Origin: Macrostomum lignano | Lineage: Eukaryota | Direction: 5' to 3' | Length of the DNA stretch: 64,000 nucleotides | Assembly (NCBI GenBank): GCA_002269645.1 | Contig: NIVC01001971.1 | Coordinates: 1 to 64,000, forward strand | Part shown: positions 61,730 through 64,000 of the stretch, piece after piece | Layout of the letters: each line of letters begins with the position of its first letter | How positions within the stretch are numbered: the first letter of the stretch is position 1 | Translations under genes and position numbers: made by a program | The notes under the pieces: generated by a model | Seen by the model: the letters and a program-made list of their open reading frames with translations, nothing else | The model's database searches: none | Told to the model about the DNA's origin: nothing

Positions 61730-62439
61730 ATGACTGTTTGCACTCCTATAGAGGCCCATACAGTTCACTTGATCATACATGAACTTACGCCCCAGCACAC
61801 ATGAATGCGAAGTTTTGCATCCGATATATATGACCTACCAGGGTAGCATAGCTCGGCTGCTTTTACATGTATTCAAAGTCAACAAAAGAATTAGCAGTTT
61901 GAAAGTCTGGTCGCATACTGAATAGCTCTAAGTTCTGGTTGCATTGGTTTACCCTCGTACTATGGAAATTCACTCGCATTTTGTGTATATGATCGATGAG
62001 TAGTGCAGGATGGAGTTGGCCCAACCAGTGAGGATGTCAGTTGCTGTGAACTTTTCCAGGCTAAACAAATTTGTTGAGCCGATGCCAGGAGAGAATTCTA
62101 GCTTAATCCAATAGTTGCCTGACAAAGATTTTTGCTAATACTCGTAGATTGTTATCTGGTTTGGTCGGCAACTCATTTGATCCTCGATGTCATATCTGAT
62201 GTCTACAATAAGCTGATTTAAACTCTTTGTTATTTCTTTAATTTTTAGGTGATGAAGGTAAACGATGGAAACTTTTCTATACTGAATCTTTTTTTGTAAT
62301 TTTTCCTCAAATTTAGTCCTGCGATGCCTTGCGTATCGCATGCGCAGCGCTTTCCTATTGTAACGGTTTATTACTCCAGCCTTGCTGAAGCACTTGCAAT
62401 TGTTAAATGGCACACATCAGGTCCCCAAAGTAGCACGCA

Positions 62440-63175
62440 TCAGGCCCCAAAAATGACACTCATGAGATCCCCAAAATGGCACCCAACAGATCCCCAAAAT
62501 GGCATCCAACAGATCCCCAAAATGGCACCTAACAGATCCCCAAAATGGCACCCAATAGATCCCCAAAATGGCACCCAACAGATCCCCAAAATGGCACCCA
62601 TCAGATCTTCAAAATGGCACTAATCAGATCCCCAAAATGGCACTAATCAGTTCCCCAAAATGGCACTCATGAGATCCCTAAAATGGCACTCATGAGATCC
62701 TTAGAATGGCACCCATCAGATCCTCAAAATGGCACCCATCAGATCCTCAAAATGGCACCCATCAGATCCCCAAAATGGCACCCATCAGATCCACAAAATG
62801 GCATCTATCAGATCTCAAAAATGGCACCCAATAGATCCCCAAAATGGCACCCAACAGATCCCCAAAATGGCACCCATCAGATCTTCAAAATGGCACTAAT
62901 CAGATCCCCAAAATGGCACTAATCAGTTCCTCAAAATGGCACTCATGAGATCCCTAAAATGGCACTCATGAGATCCTTAGAATGGCACCCATCAGATCCT
63001 CAAAATGGCACCCATCAGATCCTCAAAATGGCACCCATCAGATCCTTAGAATGGCACCCATCAGATCCTCAAAATGGCACCCATCAGATCCTCAAAATGG
63101 CACCCATCAGATCCCCAAAATGGCACCCATCAGATCCACAAAATGGCATCTATCAGATCTCAAAAATGGCACCAA
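62440..63175. repeat. 23-bp degenerate minisatellite
   Basis: Unit CAGATCCCCAAAATGGCACCCAT, period 23 (62706/62729), with block duplications. Confidence 0.92.
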
Positions 63176-63612
63176 CAATTCGATTCACTCAACACCGTAA
63201 TTTTTTTTCAAATACGAGCTAAATATGATTTGTTAACGTTATGCATATGCATCACATCCATAAATTTTCTGTTCTGCTTGGATTCGAAATAATAATAATA
63301 ATATATTTGCACAAAGTCTACTAACACATTTTATTCCCACCTATCAAATCGCACCTGTGAGTCAATCAATTTGATTAATTTTATTCAGCTTAAAGCAATA
63401 TTAAAAAGTTAAACTTTAACTTTCTACATACTATTCGCTGGATATTAAGAGTAATTCTTGTGCTTTAAATGAGTCCAATTTGCTATTATCACTTTCGCTT
63501 AAAACTTTTTTTATAATTTAATTTTGCGCACCTGACATACCAGTATATAGCTGCACTAAAATAACATATTGCACTTTCAAAAGTATAAAAATAAAACCGT
63601 CGCCGCACGCAG

Positions 63613-63693
63613 ACGATGGCCGCTCAGAAAAGAAATCAACTTGGCGCGTCTCTGGCCTTGGCCGCCAGGCAGAGTCTCAACGACGAAGAGCTG
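63613..63693 (+). CDS. unc-13: unc-13/Munc13, conserved exon just before the C1 region; gene continues beyond the window
   Basis: CGCAG acceptor, GTGAGT donor, 81 nt, phase 0 to 0. Encodes TMAAQKRNQLGASLALAARQSLNDEEL, aligning with fly Unc13 TMAATKRNAG..ATLNDEEL. Confidence 0.9.
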
Positions 63694-64000
63694 GTGAGTC
63701 AGTGCTTAACTGGGAGAATTCCACCATGATTGGGGAATTCCCATTGATATGATTTATTGTCAGAATTTATTGAATCCAATTCGATCATTATTATTAAGGA
63801 ATCCCTATGTGGCCATCATTAGAGAATCCCATTTATGACCTTTGGAAAATCCCTATATCGTTTTGATAGGGAATTCCAACCTCCATGAAGAACGACCCCT
63901 TTGATAGGGAATCCCAAATGCCATTATTGAGAAATCTCTAGACTGCCTTGATGGGAAGCCCCATCAACCAGAATCCTATCCGCTATGAGAGGGGAATCCT

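Overview
Eukaryotic (metazoan) genomic DNA with GC-rich spliced coding exons in a very minisatellite-rich background. The style resembles free-living flatworm (Macrostomum-like) assemblies, but this is an unverified inference. No prokaryotic features or CRISPR arrays were found. Contents, left to right: (1) the 3' exons of a TTLL4-type tubulin polyglutamylase, broken by many single-base deficits (26-2035, +); (2) a two-exon ANKFN1/wide-awake homologue with ankyrin, FN3 and RA domains (11476-15176, +); (3) the 5' half of an unc-13/Munc13 gene, largely missed by the ORF track, rebuilt from 11 phase-consistent exons plus one very large exon (21090 to beyond 64000, +); (4) an intact three-exon Ariadne-like RBR E3 ligase gene nested antisense in an unc-13 intron (30387-33875, -); (5) a ~4.7 kb Ingi/I-group non-LTR retrotransposon inserted in a (CAG)7 tract, splitting a ~939-codon exon that looks like an alternative unc-13 N-terminus. 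The element carries a candidate HDV-like ribozyme, a 2A-like peptide, three PHD-like fingers, APE, RT, RNase H and a (CAA)10 tail; (6) two copies of a tRNA-derived SINE; (7) about 25 tandem-repeat arrays, which account for most of the long low-complexity ORFs. All coordinates and homology calls were made by eye from remembered family motifs; no database search was run.
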